Assembly (NCBI GenBank): GCA_965217775.1 | Contig: CBDCJH010000002.1 | Span: 3,616,001-3,680,000 of the forward strand | Direction of reading: 5' to 3' | Length of the DNA: 64,000 nucleotides | Origin: Acidobacteriota bacterium | GTDB taxonomy: Bacteria; Acidobacteriota; UBA6911; RPQK01; JAJDTT01 | Shown: positions 18,301 to 28,915 of the stretch, piece after piece | Position numbering within the stretch: position 1 is the first letter of the stretch | How the letters are laid out: every line of letters begins with the position of its first letter | The notes under the pieces: model-generated | The model's database searches: none | The model's input: the letters and a program-made list of their open reading frames with translations, nothing else | Told to the model about the DNA's origin: nothing | Program-made: the position numbers and the translations under genes

Positions 18301-19752
18301 TCACATCCTCCAGAAGGGACGCGTGAAGAGCACCAGGAGCGTGTAGAACTCGAGGCGGCCTGCCAGCATGCAGATGCTCAGGACCCATTTTGCCGCCGCC
18401 GGAAGTCCCCCGTAGTTTTCGGCGGGGCCGACCTGTCCCAATCCGGGGCCGATGTTGAACATGCAGGCCGCCACCGCGGAAATGGTGGTGAGCACGTCCA
18501 TCCCCAGAGCGGCAAGACATAAGCAGGCCACGAAGTTGACCAGGAACGCCAGATAGACCAGGTTGAGCAGACTCCGGATCGTCTTCTCCGGGATCGCCCG
18601 CCCGCCGAAGCGAACGGCAAAGACGCCGTGAGGCTCCACCAACTGGTGGAACTCGCGGCCGACGACCCGGAACAGGACGCCGATGCGCGCCACCTTCATG
18701 CCTCCCGCCGTCGAGCCGGTGCACCCGCCCACAAACATGAGCACCAACAGCAGGAGCTGAGCAAAGGAACTCCATCCCTGAAAGTCGGCAGAGGAGAACC
18801 CGGTGGTCGTCATAATGGAGACGACCTGGAAAGACGCCAACCTCAGGGACTCCCCGAGAGAGTACTCCGAAGCCTGTACCAAGGTCGCCGACATGGCCGC
18901 CGTCATGACCCCGATGACGATCAGATAGAGGCGCAGTTCCACGTCGCCCCAGAAGGAGGAGACCCTGCGTTCCACCAACAGGCGGTAGTGCCGGGTGAAA
19001 TTGATGCCGGCCAGAACCATGAAGAGCACGATGACGATTTCCAAGGCGGGATTTTCGAAGGCTTCGATGCTTCCGTTGCGCGTCGAGAAACCGCCCGTGG
19101 CCAGGGTGGAAAAGGCGTGGCAGAGGGCGTCGAATTTCCCCATACCCGCCAACCTCAGGGCCGCGTAGCTGGCCAGCGTGAACGCGATGTAGATCTTCCA
19201 CAAAGCCAGGGCAGTCTCCGCGATGCGGGGCCTGAGCCGTTCGGAACGGGCTCCCGAGAACTCGGCCCGGTAGAGCTCCCGGCCACCGGCTCCGATCAGC
19301 GGAAGAATGGCGATCCCCAGCAGGATGATGCCCATCCCGCCCAGCCAGTGGGTCAACGAGCGCCAAAGCAGCAGGCTGGCCGGAAGGGCCTCCACGTCCG
19401 CCAGAACCGTGGCCCCCGTGGTGGAGAAACCGGAGACCGACTCGAAGACCGAATCGGTGAAACTTGGAAAATGGGGAGAAAAATAGAAGGGGAGAGCCCC
19501 CAGAAGTGCAGCGATCAGCCAGGTGGCCACAACCAGGAGCAAGCCTTCGCGGCGGCTCAGGGCCCTGAAGTGGAGCCGAAACACCAGGATCAGCAGCACT
19601 CCGGCGATTACGCCCACCGCCAGCGAGGCGGTCAACGGGGTCAGGCCCTCGTCGCCATTGGCCAGCGCGAAGCAGACGCAACCCAAAAGGCCCACGGAAA
19701 GGCCCAGCGCAAAGAATCCCAGGAGATGCAGGAGGTTGGACCAGCGAATCAA
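18301..19752 (-). CDS. trkH: Trk potassium uptake membrane protein
   Basis: Four pore loops (SGFSTTG, ATGGFS, TTTGF, NIGPG), GGCTGSTAGGMK and GRLE. Confidence 0.95.
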   Translation of the reverse strand: MIRWSNLLHLLGFFALGLSVGLLGCVCFALANGDEGLTPLTASLAVGVIAGVLLILVFRLHFRALSRREGLLLVVATWLIAALLGALPFYFSPHFPSFTDSVFESVSGFSTTGATVLADVEALPASLLLWRSLTHWLGGMGIILLGIAILPLIGAGGRELYRAEFSGARSERLRPRIAETALALWKIYIAFTLASYAALRLAGMGKFDALCHAFSTLATGGFSTRNGSIEAFENPALEIVIVLFMVLAGINFTRHYRLLVERRVSSFWGDVELRLYLIVIGVMTAAMSATLVQASEYSLGESLRLASFQVVSIMTTTGFSSADFQGWSSFAQLLLLVLMFVGGCTGSTAGGMKVARIGVLFRVVGREFHQLVEPHGVFAVRFGGRAIPEKTIRSLLNLVYLAFLVNFVACLCLAALGMDVLTTISAVAACMFNIGPGLGQVGPAENYGGLPAAAKWVLSICMLAGRLEFYTLLVLFTRPFWRM

Positions 19753-21125
19753 CGTCCGCCTTTCCGTCGTTCCTTCAGGAAGGCAGACTCCAGGTAGGGC
19801 ACCAGGCTCTCCAGACAGAAGAAGACCACCCGGTCACCAGTCTGAATGATGGCGTCTCCTCGCGGCACCAGGACTTCTCCGGAGGGCCGGCTAATGGCGC
19901 CCACCACGGTCCCGGCGGGCATGTGGATCTCGCGCAGGCTTCTTCCCACATATTTGGAGCCTGGAGTCGCCAGCAGCTCGATGGCTTCCGCTTCCTCCTC
20001 CCGAAACGTGGTGACCGACAGAACGTGACCCTGGCGGACGAACTGGAGGATCCGATCAACGGCGGCGACCCGGGTGCTGAAACTGGAGTTGATGCCCAGG
20101 AGTTGGGCCATGGGGAGAAAGTCGAGGCGATTGACCAGAGCCACCGCCTTCCGGGCCCCCAACCGTTTGGAAAGAAGGGAGGCGATGATGTTGACTTCGG
20201 ATTCAGGCGTGACGGCGAGGTAAGCATCGACCCCCTCGACGGCGTTTTCCATCAGAACCCTCTCGTCTGCCCCATCCCCGTGAACCACCACCGTGCTTTC
20301 GACCCGTGTGGAGATCTTTCGGCATCGTTCCAAATCCTTCTCGAAGAGCTTGACCTGGACCCCCTGCCGCTCGAGCCGGAGGGCCGCTTCGACCCCCAGT
20401 TGTCTGCCGCCCACGATGAAGACCCGCTCCACCTTCTTTGGAAGCGGGACTCCCATGAACCGGAAGACCGACTCCGTCTCCGGGGCAGGCGCCACGATGT
20501 AGACGTGGTCTCCAGCCTGAAGTCTGTCGCCGCCCCTCGGAATGAAGGTCTGCCGCCCGCGGAAGATGATCGCCATCAGAGAGTTCTTGGGCGGAGTACT
20601 CCGGTCCAGTTCGGCCATGCTCTTCCCCACCACCCAACTGTCCGGCTCGAGGTTCATCCCGAAGAGCCGCACCCGGCCTTCGGCGAACTCCAACACGTCG
20701 GAGATCCCCGGCAGTCCGATCACGCGAAGAATGCGCTCCGCCGTCTCCTGGTCGGGGTTGATGACCAGATCCACCTTCAATTGAGAGCCGTCGAAGAATT
20801 CCCTCCAGCGATCGGCCTCGGGGGTGCGGAGGCGGACCACCTTGATCTTGACGTTGGAGTGCCGTTGAGCGATCAGGCACCCGAGAATGTTGGCTTCGTC
20901 GCTGCTGGTGACCGCGATCAACATTTCGGCTTCCCGAATGCCGGCCTGCTCCAGAGTACGGATGCTGCTGGCGTTGCCGTGGACGATCTTGGCGTCCAGA
21001 CTCTCTTCCAGCAGCTCACAGCGTTCCCGGCGCTTCTCGACGATGACGACGTCGTTCCTCTCCTGGGCGAGACGGCGGGACACCATGGCGCCGACCGCAC
21101 CGCCACCAAGCACGACGATTTTCAT
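19749..21125 (-). CDS. trkA: Trk system NAD-binding regulatory subunit
   Basis: Two RCK domains (MKIVVLGGGAVG; FIVGGRQLG) and TrkA-C domains. Confidence 0.95.
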   Translation of the reverse strand: MKIVVLGGGAVGAMVSRRLAQERNDVVIVEKRRERCELLEESLDAKIVHGNASSIRTLEQAGIREAEMLIAVTSSDEANILGCLIAQRHSNVKIKVVRLRTPEADRWREFFDGSQLKVDLVINPDQETAERILRVIGLPGISDVLEFAEGRVRLFGMNLEPDSWVVGKSMAELDRSTPPKNSLMAIIFRGRQTFIPRGGDRLQAGDHVYIVAPAPETESVFRFMGVPLPKKVERVFIVGGRQLGVEAALRLERQGVQVKLFEKDLERCRKISTRVESTVVVHGDGADERVLMENAVEGVDAYLAVTPESEVNIIASLLSKRLGARKAVALVNRLDFLPMAQLLGINSSFSTRVAAVDRILQFVRQGHVLSVTTFREEEAEAIELLATPGSKYVGRSLREIHMPAGTVVGAISRPSGEVLVPRGDAIIQTGDRVVFFCLESLVPYLESAFLKERRKGGR

Positions 21126-21139
21126 TTGGTTCGGGATAC

Positions 21140-21796
21140 CTACGGATTGGATCTGAGGAGTTCGACGGAGGATCGAGGACGGCCCAGCCAGCGGAACGAC
21201 GAGATCAATTGCCGAAAAGTAGGAAGTGCCTTGGAAATCGATGCCTCGTCCCGGGCCGAGAGGACGAAAATGACGAAATAGTCCGTGACCTCGGTAAAGG
21301 CGACGACTTCCTGCTTGCCGCCCGGACAGTCACACGTTTTGGCCACGACCCTGGGCCGGCTGCGGGTCTCCGGATTCAACTCCAGGTTCAAGTGCAGGTC
21401 ACTGATCTCCAATTTCGGACAGAGCACTTCCTGTCCAGCCAGCTCGGACTGCAGGAACTTCTCCAGGTCCTCGTCCTGACTCCTGGGGAAGAATCTGGAG
21501 AAGGCGACGACGTCGGCCTCTCTCCACTGCGTCCCTTCGGGGTGCATGACGAAATTGGCGACCTGAATCGCCGACCCGACGTCGATGGTCCAGCCCGCGG
21601 GTTCGGTCACCAGAAAGGAATATTCCAGGCCCCTGATGCGCAGCGTCCTTCCCCCTTCCAGTGACGGTATGGAAACGAGGAGACACGCGATTGAGATACA
21701 GATCTTCAGCAGTCGGCTCGAGAGAGAAGTGTTGGCCGGAACCGTCAGGGCCCGGCAAACGGGCTGCGGATTGAGAGGGCCGAAAAACCGATTCAT
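21140..21796 (-). CDS. Hypothetical exported protein
   Basis: 218-aa ORF with a hydrophobic signal-like segment (ICISIACLLVSIP); co-oriented just upstream of trkA. Confidence 0.6.
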   Translation of the reverse strand: MNRFFGPLNPQPVCRALTVPANTSLSSRLLKICISIACLLVSIPSLEGGRTLRIRGLEYSFLVTEPAGWTIDVGSAIQVANFVMHPEGTQWREADVVAFSRFFPRSQDEDLEKFLQSELAGQEVLCPKLEISDLHLNLELNPETRSRPRVVAKTCDCPGGKQEVVAFTEVTDYFVIFVLSARDEASISKALPTFRQLISSFRWLGRPRSSVELLRSNP

Positions 21797-21983
21797 TCCG
21801 GCGCAAGTCTAGCAGGAACGGGAGGAGGGAGGCGCGTTGAGTTTCGCCTTGCCGTTGGCTATCCTATAGCCTCGTTCCGGAAGGAGACACGGAGCGCACT
21901 ACCGGGCGGCGGATTCCCCAGGCTCGACCGTCTCGTGAGCGTCTCTTCAGAGAAATACCGGCACCTGCCAAAAGGTAATCAGC

Positions 21984-23270
21984 ATGCCCGATGAGAGCCT
22001 ATCCATTACCGATAACCGGACCGGTAAACAGTACGATCTGGCTGTCTCGGACGGTACCATTCGCGCCATAGAGCTTCGCCAGATCAAGACATCGGAAGAC
22101 GACTTCGGTCTCATGGCCTACGATCCTTCGTTCCTCAACACGGCCTCCTGCCGGAGCACGATCACCTATATCGACGGAGACAAGGGCATCCTGCGCTATC
22201 GAGGCTACCCCATAGAACAGCTGGTGGGCGAGTACAGCCACCTTGAGGTCGCATACCTGCTCCTGTACGGCGAGCTTCCGGACAAGGCCGAGTTCCATCA
22301 ATGGAACGGTGACATTCGGAAGCATGCCGAGTTGCCGACGGCCGTCCTGCGACTGGTTCGAAGCTTTCCCCCCGGGGGCTTTCCCATGGCCATGCTGGCG
22401 ACGGGGGTGGCCGCCCTCTCCAACTTCTATCCCGACGCCCGTACCGTTCTGGACCCGGAGCTGCGTCTCCTCCAGATCCATCGGCTCCTGGCCAAGGTCC
22501 CGGCCCTGTCGGCCCAGCTCTTCCGCTGCCTCCAGGGCTTGCCCCTTACCCAGGACGCGGGCGGACTCTCCTACGCCGGAAGCTTCCTGCAGATGGCGTT
22601 CGACCGGGCGCCGGAACCCGTGTTCGAGAAGGCGATGGAGGCCCTGTTCATCCTTCATGCCGACCACGAACAGAACTGCAGCACCAGCGCCATGAGAGGC
22701 GTCGGCAGTTCCCAGTGCGACCCGTACCTGACGACGGCCGCCTCCATCGGCGCCCTGTCCGGGCCCCTGCATGGAGGAGCGAACGAGGCGGTCATCCGCA
22801 TGCTGGAGTCGATCGGATCCAAGGACCGGGTACCCGGGCACGTGCAGCGGGTCAAGGGAGGCGAACTCCGCCTCATGGGATTCGGGCACCGCATCTACAA
22901 GAACTACGATCCCAGGGCCAAGATCATCAAACAACTGGCCCACGAGGTTTTCGAAGTGACCGGTTCCGATCCCCTGCTGGACGTGGCGCTTGAGTTGGAG
23001 AGGATCGCCCTGCAGGACGACTACTTCATCTCGCGAAAGCTCTATCCCAACGTCGACTTCTATTCCGGCCTGATCTACCGGGCTCTCGGCTTCCCTTCTT
23101 CCATGTCCACCGTCCTCTTCGCTCTGGCCAGAACGGCTGGCTGGCTGGTTCAGTGGGAGGAACTGGCGCGGGACCGGGAACAGAAGATCGCCCGGCCACG
23201 GCAGATCTACGAGGGATATCCGGTGAGAGACGTACCGGTTCGGAGGTCCTCGCCAATCCCGTCTTCTTGA
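21984..23270 (+). CDS. gltA: Citrate synthase
   Basis: SCRSTITYIDGDKGILRYRGY, ILHADHEQNCST, GPLHGGANE, GFGHRIYKNYDPRA and YPNVDFYSG. Confidence 0.97.
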   Translation: MPDESLSITDNRTGKQYDLAVSDGTIRAIELRQIKTSEDDFGLMAYDPSFLNTASCRSTITYIDGDKGILRYRGYPIEQLVGEYSHLEVAYLLLYGELPDKAEFHQWNGDIRKHAELPTAVLRLVRSFPPGGFPMAMLATGVAALSNFYPDARTVLDPELRLLQIHRLLAKVPALSAQLFRCLQGLPLTQDAGGLSYAGSFLQMAFDRAPEPVFEKAMEALFILHADHEQNCSTSAMRGVGSSQCDPYLTTAASIGALSGPLHGGANEAVIRMLESIGSKDRVPGHVQRVKGGELRLMGFGHRIYKNYDPRAKIIKQLAHEVFEVTGSDPLLDVALELERIALQDDYFISRKLYPNVDFYSGLIYRALGFPSSMSTVLFALARTAGWLVQWEELARDREQKIARPRQIYEGYPVRDVPVRRSSPIPSS

Positions 23271-23298
23271 CTCCAGCCAGTTGCGGTATAATCGTGCG

Positions 23299-23526
23299 AT
23301 GCCGATTTATGAATACCGCTGTCTGGATTGCGACACTCATTTCGAGCAGATCGTCCTGGGCGCCCAGAGCGATGCCGAGTGTCCCAGTTGCAGCGGAGAC
23401 CGCTTCGAGCAGCTTTTCTCCTCATTCGCCGTCGGCGGCGGGTCCATGGAATCCGGCTTCAAGGAAACCGGTCCCTGCGGCTGTGGAGCGCCCCAACGAG
23501 GAATGTGCGGGCAACTCGCCAACTAG
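23299..23526 (+). CDS. FmdB family zinc ribbon protein
   Basis: MPIYEYRCLDC...CPSCS; TATAAT at 23287-23292 just upstream, so the mRNA may be leaderless. Confidence 0.88.
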   Translation: MPIYEYRCLDCDTHFEQIVLGAQSDAECPSCSGDRFEQLFSSFAVGGGSMESGFKETGPCGCGAPQRGMCGQLAN

Positions 23527-23551
23527 CTGATCGTCCGGACGACGCTGAACT

Positions 23552-24619
23552 ATGCAACAAACAACCACGGAGACCTATAAAGACCGGCTGGAGTCGATCA
23601 GCAGGTCCCTGCGGCCGCATCCCGATCAGCATCTGGAATTCCTCGGCAAGAAGGACATCATCGAGCGGATCCTCTATCTGCGGGAACTCAAGAACGTCCT
23701 GATCCTGGGCCACAACTACATGGAGCCGCTGGTCTTCCATCTGTCCGGCGAAGGCGAGAGAGGCGATTCGTTGGCGCTGAGCCGCTACGCCGCCAAGTCG
23801 GACAAACCCGTCATCCTCTTCGACGGCGTCCTCTTCATGGCGGAAACGGCCAAGATCCTGAATCCGGAAAAGAAGGTGCTGATCGCGGACCTGAATGCGG
23901 GCTGCAGTTTGGCAGACCCCTTCTCGGCCGAGGACGTGAGGTTCTATCGAAAGCGTTATCCCAACGCTCCGGTGGTCACCTACATCAACAGCTACGCCGA
24001 GATCAAAGCCGAATCCGACTACTGCTGCACCTCCGCGAACGGGCTCAAGGTCATCGAGCATGCGGCCCGGGAATTCGGTGCGGACCATGTGGTCTTCCTC
24101 CCCGATTCCCTGATGGGGGAGAACCTGCAACAGGAACTGGTCCGGAGGGGATCCGATCTGGATCTGATCTACCCGGGCAAGTATGACCGCAACTTCGGTC
24201 GCTGCGAGGTCCACGAGAAGTTCACCGCCAGCCACATCCGGGACATCCGGAAGCAATACGACATTCCCCGGGGAGGGAACGACGCCGCGGTCCTGGTGCA
24301 CTGGGAGTGCCTGCCCGAGGTCCTGGAAGAGGCCGACTTCTACGGCAGCACCTCCCAGATGGCCGGTTACGTGAAGAATCACGCCGAGCTGCGCCGCGTC
24401 TACATGGCCACCGAGTGTGAAATGTCGGCGAATCTGGCCACCGAATTCCCGCAGGTGGAGTTCGTCAGAACCTGCAGCATTTTCTGCCGCCACATGCGTA
24501 GAATCAGTCTCGAGAAGATCCTTCACAGCCTGGAGCATGAGGTCTACGAAGTGGAGGTGCCGGAGCCGATCCGCCGGGCCTCCCTGGGAGCCATCCAACG
24601 GATGCTGAGCATCGGCTGA
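23552..24619 (+). CDS. nadA: Quinolinate synthase
   Basis: ILGHNYM, GDSL.L, FMAETAKILNP, AGCSLA, YINS, CTSAN, CEVH and C.HM motifs. Confidence 0.95.
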   Translation: MQQTTTETYKDRLESISRSLRPHPDQHLEFLGKKDIIERILYLRELKNVLILGHNYMEPLVFHLSGEGERGDSLALSRYAAKSDKPVILFDGVLFMAETAKILNPEKKVLIADLNAGCSLADPFSAEDVRFYRKRYPNAPVVTYINSYAEIKAESDYCCTSANGLKVIEHAAREFGADHVVFLPDSLMGENLQQELVRRGSDLDLIYPGKYDRNFGRCEVHEKFTASHIRDIRKQYDIPRGGNDAAVLVHWECLPEVLEEADFYGSTSQMAGYVKNHAELRRVYMATECEMSANLATEFPQVEFVRTCSIFCRHMRRISLEKILHSLEHEVYEVEVPEPIRRASLGAIQRMLSIG

Positions 24620-24677
24620 TTCGGGATCTGGGCCGGAATCGGTCGGAACGCGACTGGGCTGCTGCAGAGAATAGACC

Positions 24678-25772
24678 ATGAAGCTGGACGGGCTGGACAC
24701 ACCTTCGGTCCTGGTCGACGTGGATATCATGACCGCGAACCTGGACCGATTGGCCGGTTACTGCCGGGAACACCGCCTCAATTTGAGGCCCCACGTCAAG
24801 ACCCACAAGATTCCTGAATTGGCGCAACTCCAGGTCAGGAAAGGCGCCGTGGGCGTTACCGTTGCCAAGCTGGGTGAGGCCGAGGTCATGGTGGACGGCG
24901 GAGTCGAGGACGTCCTGCTGGCATATCCGGTGTACGGAGAGATCAAGTGGAAGCGTTTGGCCGCCCTGGCCCGCCGCGCCCGGATCTCGGTGGCGTTGGA
25001 TTCGCTGGAGGTGGCCCAGGGCATCTCCAGGCATGCGCGCGAGGCCGGGGTCAGGATTCCCATTCTGGTGGAGTTCGATACCGGGATGCGGCGTTGCGGT
25101 TTGACCATCGGCCCGGAGGCCATCCAGGTGCTGGAGCGGATCGCCGAACTTCCGGCACTGGATTACGAGGGGCTGCTGATCTACCCCGGTCATTTCCTCG
25201 TGGACCCGGAACGGCGCAATCAGCTTCTGACGCTGGAGAACCGGCAATTGTCGACTTTGCTGAGTCTGCTGGACGACGCCGGGATCCCCTACCCGGTCAT
25301 CAGCGCCAGCTCGACCCCGACGGCCTACATGTCGCACCAGTTCGACAACATCAACGAGGTTCGTCCGGGCACCTACATCTTCAATGACCGGAATACCATC
25401 GGTTGCCAGGCCGCCGATCTGGCGGACTGCGCCGTCTCCGTCCTGTCCACCGTCGTGAGCACCAGCGTTCCCGGCAAGGCCGCCATCGACGGGGGCAGCA
25501 AGACCTTCTCCAGCGACAAGTTCCTCTCCGGAGACGGCGTGGGATTCGGTCACGTGATGGGAGACCCGGGCGCCGTGGTGGAATACCTTTCCGAGGAGCA
25601 CGGGCACCTGGTGCTGGCCAAGGCTTCCAGAAAATACCGCGTCGGGGACCGGGTTCGCGTCATCCCCAATCACGTCTGTGCCTGCGTCAACATGCACGAC
25701 CGCATCTACGGGGTCCGGGACGACGAGGTGGTGACCGAATGGCGCGTGAGTGCCCGGGGCGCCGTGCAGTGA
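24678..25772 (+). CDS. PLP-dependent D-threonine aldolase/DSD1 (alanine racemase fold) family enzyme
   Basis: LDTPS, LRPHVKTHK, EVRPGTYIFND, DGGSK, SEEHG and PNHVC motifs. Confidence 0.9.
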   Translation: MKLDGLDTPSVLVDVDIMTANLDRLAGYCREHRLNLRPHVKTHKIPELAQLQVRKGAVGVTVAKLGEAEVMVDGGVEDVLLAYPVYGEIKWKRLAALARRARISVALDSLEVAQGISRHAREAGVRIPILVEFDTGMRRCGLTIGPEAIQVLERIAELPALDYEGLLIYPGHFLVDPERRNQLLTLENRQLSTLLSLLDDAGIPYPVISASSTPTAYMSHQFDNINEVRPGTYIFNDRNTIGCQAADLADCAVSVLSTVVSTSVPGKAAIDGGSKTFSSDKFLSGDGVGFGHVMGDPGAVVEYLSEEHGHLVLAKASRKYRVGDRVRVIPNHVCACVNMHDRIYGVRDDEVVTEWRVSARGAVQ

Positions 25773-25843
25773 ACTGAACCGGACCGGGACGTCGCCCTCA
25801 GCCGTGGCGGTGCCCGATCCAACCCTGAGGAGATTCAAGCAAA

Positions 25844-26821
25844 GTGGCGTCGGCCGGAGAACTTCTGTACCTGTCGCGAGCGGACATCGAGCGGCTCGAT
25901 CTGTCCATGGCGCGCATCATCGAGGTGATGGAGGAAACCCTGATCCAGAAGGGATCGGGGAACGTGGAGATGCCGCCGAAGCCGGGAATCCACACTCGGC
26001 CCGACGCCTTCATCCACGCCATGCCGGCGTACGTCCGGCCCACGGGCGCCGCCGGAATGAAGTGGGTCGGAGGCTATCCCGGAAACTCGGCCCGGGGTCT
26101 GCCCTACATCACGGGTCTCGTGATCCTTAACGACCCCGCATCCGGAGTCCCCCTGGCGGTGATGGACGCCACCTGGATCACGGCGGTCAGGACCGGCGCG
26201 GCCACCGGTGTGGCGGCACGCCATCTGGCCCGCCGCGACGCTCTCACGGCCGCCATCCTGGGGTGCGGCGTCCAGGGCCGATCCAACCTGGAGGCGCTGA
26301 CGGTGGTCCTGCGCGACCTCCGGGACATCCGTGTCTACGACACTCGCCTGGAAGCGGCGCACAGCTTCGCCCGGGAGTGCGTGGAACGTCACGGTCTCTC
26401 GTGCACGGTCTGCGCCTCCCCCCGGCAGGCCGTCCAGGCCGCCGACGTGGTGGTCACCGCAGGCCCCATGCCGCGTCCACCTGCGCCCGTGATCGAACCC
26501 GACTGGCTCGCGGACGGGGTCTTCGTCTGCGTCCTCGATTTCGACTGCTATGTGACGCCCGCGGCCTTTCACGCCGCCGATCTGCTGGTCACGGACGACG
26601 TGGCGCAACTCGACTACTATCGCGGGGTGGGATATTTCGAAGGCCTCCCCGACCGGCTTTCCGACCTGGGAGACGTGGTTCGGGGACGGGGAGGACGCCG
26701 GAAGAAGGAGCAACGGATTATTTCCGTCAACCTGGGACTGGGCGCGGAAGACGTCGCGGCCGCCCAACTGATTTACACGAGTGCACTGAACCAGGGGTTG
26801 GGAACCTCCCTTCCCCTCTGA
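25844..26821 (+). CDS. Ornithine cyclodeaminase/mu-crystallin family protein
   Basis: MPPK, HAMPA, GMKWV, ITAVRTGA, GCGVQG and GLGAED motifs. Confidence 0.9.
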   Translation: MASAGELLYLSRADIERLDLSMARIIEVMEETLIQKGSGNVEMPPKPGIHTRPDAFIHAMPAYVRPTGAAGMKWVGGYPGNSARGLPYITGLVILNDPASGVPLAVMDATWITAVRTGAATGVAARHLARRDALTAAILGCGVQGRSNLEALTVVLRDLRDIRVYDTRLEAAHSFARECVERHGLSCTVCASPRQAVQAADVVVTAGPMPRPPAPVIEPDWLADGVFVCVLDFDCYVTPAAFHAADLLVTDDVAQLDYYRGVGYFEGLPDRLSDLGDVVRGRGGRRKKEQRIISVNLGLGAEDVAAAQLIYTSALNQGLGTSLPL

Positions 26822-26849
26822 TCCGCTGAGATAAGAAAGGAGCGTTGCA

Positions 26850-27428
26850 ATGGTTTTGACTGCATCGACCATGTTGGGTCTCGGCATCGAGGCCCCGGAT
26901 TTCCAGTTGCCGGACGTGACCACGGGTGAAACCGTCTCGCTGGACAGCTTCTCGGGGAACAAGGCCCTGTTGGTCATGTTCATCTGCAAACACTGTCCCT
27001 ACGTGGTCCATGTCCAGGAGGAGCTGGCCCGGCTGGGGAACGAGTACCAGGCCCGGGACGTGGGCGTGGTGGCCATCGGCGCCAACGACGTGGACGCCTA
27101 CCCGGGAGACGCCCCCGGCGAGCTGAAGAGCATGGCTCAGGAGCATGGGTTCCAGTTCCCCTATTGCTTCGATGAGACCCAGGAGATCGCCCAGGCCTAT
27201 ACGGCGGCCTGCACGCCGGACTTCTTCCTCTTCGACCAGGACCGGCGCCTGGCCTATCGGGGTCAGTTGGACGACAGCCGGCCGGGAACCGGCACGCCGG
27301 TGACCGGCGAAGACCTGAGAGGGGCCCTCGACACGGTTCTGGCCGGGGACACCCCCGATCCGGAACAGCGGCCCAGCCTGGGTTGCAACATCAAATGGAA
27401 GCCGGGCAACGAACCGGCCTATTTCTGA
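26850..27428 (+). CDS. Thioredoxin-like AhpC/TSA family protein
   Basis: APDFQLPD, FICKHCPYV, AACTPDFFLFD, YRGQLDDSRP and SLGCNIKW. Confidence 0.92.
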   Translation: MVLTASTMLGLGIEAPDFQLPDVTTGETVSLDSFSGNKALLVMFICKHCPYVVHVQEELARLGNEYQARDVGVVAIGANDVDAYPGDAPGELKSMAQEHGFQFPYCFDETQEIAQAYTAACTPDFFLFDQDRRLAYRGQLDDSRPGTGTPVTGEDLRGALDTVLAGDTPDPEQRPSLGCNIKWKPGNEPAYF

Positions 27429-28864
27429 GGCTGATCCGAACCTGATTCGGGTGCCGGCGGTCGACCGGCCGGTCGATCCGGTCCACTTTCGCCGACGCGC
27501 TTCAGGCCCTCTTGAGCGTACCGGTTGCCGGGATTCAGACCCACGGCGCGGCCGTAGTGGGCCCGGGCTCCGGCCCGGTCCCCCTCCAACTCTGACAAGT
27601 ATCCCAGGGCAGCCCAATTGTAGTCGTCTTCCGGGTCGAGGGACACCGCGGCCCGGAACGACTCACCCGCCTCCCCGACTTGGCCTTCCCGGAGCAGAGC
27701 GACTCCGAGGTTGTAGTGCGGCCGCGACTTTCCGGGACTCTTGGCCACCGTGTCGCGCCAGAGTAAAAGGTCGTCGTTCCAGATCCGGTTGCGCGCCAGC
27801 GTCGGCGGAATCGTAAGTGCCGCCAGGATCCCGATGCCCACCCATTGGGCCCGGTTCGGCCAACGGCTTTCCGGCCGGCGGTGAAGCAAGAGCCAGGCTG
27901 GCATCAGGGAGAAACCGGCCACTGGCAAGTAGAGCCGCGTCTCACTGAAGGGATCCAGGTTGGGCAGGACCCAGGTCGGCAGGCTGAAGGCCAGGACCCA
28001 GAGCAGACCGACCCCCAGTGGGGTACGGAGCCGGCGCGAGCCCAGCAGCCCCATCACCGCGGTGAGGATTGCAGCTGCCGAGATGACCGTCAAAAGCAGC
28101 TGCGGCTCCGGGACCTGATGGTCCAGGTTCAGGTTGGCCGGCCATAGAAAGAGTCCCAGACCCTTCCAGAACATCACCGGTTGCAGCAGCCAGTAGCCGG
28201 CCGGGTCGGGATGGTTCCATGCCATTCCCGCCGGCGAGTACTTGACCAGCGACCAAGCAAGGGCCAACCCGTTGGCCAAGGTCAAACCGGCCCACCATCT
28301 CCATCGATCCCGATTCAAAACCCAGAGAAATGGGAGCAGCATGGCAGCTTCGGCACGGCTCCAGAGGGCCAGTTGGAAGCAGAGGACGGCGGCCCAGGGG
28401 CGGCGCGTGGCCAGCAGGAGAGCCCCCAGACCGAAGCCGCTCATGAGCAGAACCGAGCGGGCCCAGACGTAGTTCACGGCCTGCGTCTGCAGCGGATGAA
28501 GACCGAACAGCAGCGACGTGGCCAGGGCCAAGCCCGGCTGTCGGAACCGCTCCAGGATCAGAAGGAAGAGGAGCAACACGACCGCCAGATGGAGCAGGAC
28601 GCTCGCCAGGTGAAAAGCCCAGGGCTGAGCACCCGCGATCAGGTAGTTCAGATGGAAGGTCCAGAGTGTCAAGGGCCGGCCGCCGTACTGTTCCAGGAAA
28701 GTCCCGTAGTCGAAGCGCTCGGTCACCAGGGGGCTTTCCAGGATCAGCGCGTAGTCGTCGAAGTGGAAGGCCGCCGGAAAGGAGTTGAGATAGACGGCAC
28801 CGGTGACCAGCACGAGTGCCACCGCCGCAAGTCTCGTACCGCCTTGAGAATCCACGAGCCCCAT
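27419..28864 (-). CDS. TMTC-like membrane GT-C glycosyltransferase with C-terminal TPRs
   Basis: YLNSF..AFHFDD, RPLT, FGLHPLQTQAVNY, ETRLYLP, RNRIW...LWRD and a TPR segment (HYNLGVAL); start trimmed to ATG 28864. Confidence 0.8.
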   Translation of the reverse strand: MGLVDSQGGTRLAAVALVLVTGAVYLNSFPAAFHFDDYALILESPLVTERFDYGTFLEQYGGRPLTLWTFHLNYLIAGAQPWAFHLASVLLHLAVVLLLFLLILERFRQPGLALATSLLFGLHPLQTQAVNYVWARSVLLMSGFGLGALLLATRRPWAAVLCFQLALWSRAEAAMLLPFLWVLNRDRWRWWAGLTLANGLALAWSLVKYSPAGMAWNHPDPAGYWLLQPVMFWKGLGLFLWPANLNLDHQVPEPQLLLTVISAAAILTAVMGLLGSRRLRTPLGVGLLWVLAFSLPTWVLPNLDPFSETRLYLPVAGFSLMPAWLLLHRRPESRWPNRAQWVGIGILAALTIPPTLARNRIWNDDLLLWRDTVAKSPGKSRPHYNLGVALLREGQVGEAGESFRAAVSLDPEDDYNWAALGYLSELEGDRAGARAHYGRAVGLNPGNRYAQEGLKRVGESGPDRPAGRPPAPESGSDQPQK

Positions 28865-28915
28865 ATTATGGTCCGGCACCGCCTTTACCCCACCCGGCGG
28901 GTGGCCTTTTTGGGC

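Noticed and set aside
23527-23551. NAD+ (nadA motif) riboswitch upstream of nadA
   Set aside because: Only 25 nt separate nadA from the upstream gene, leaving no room for the aptamer.
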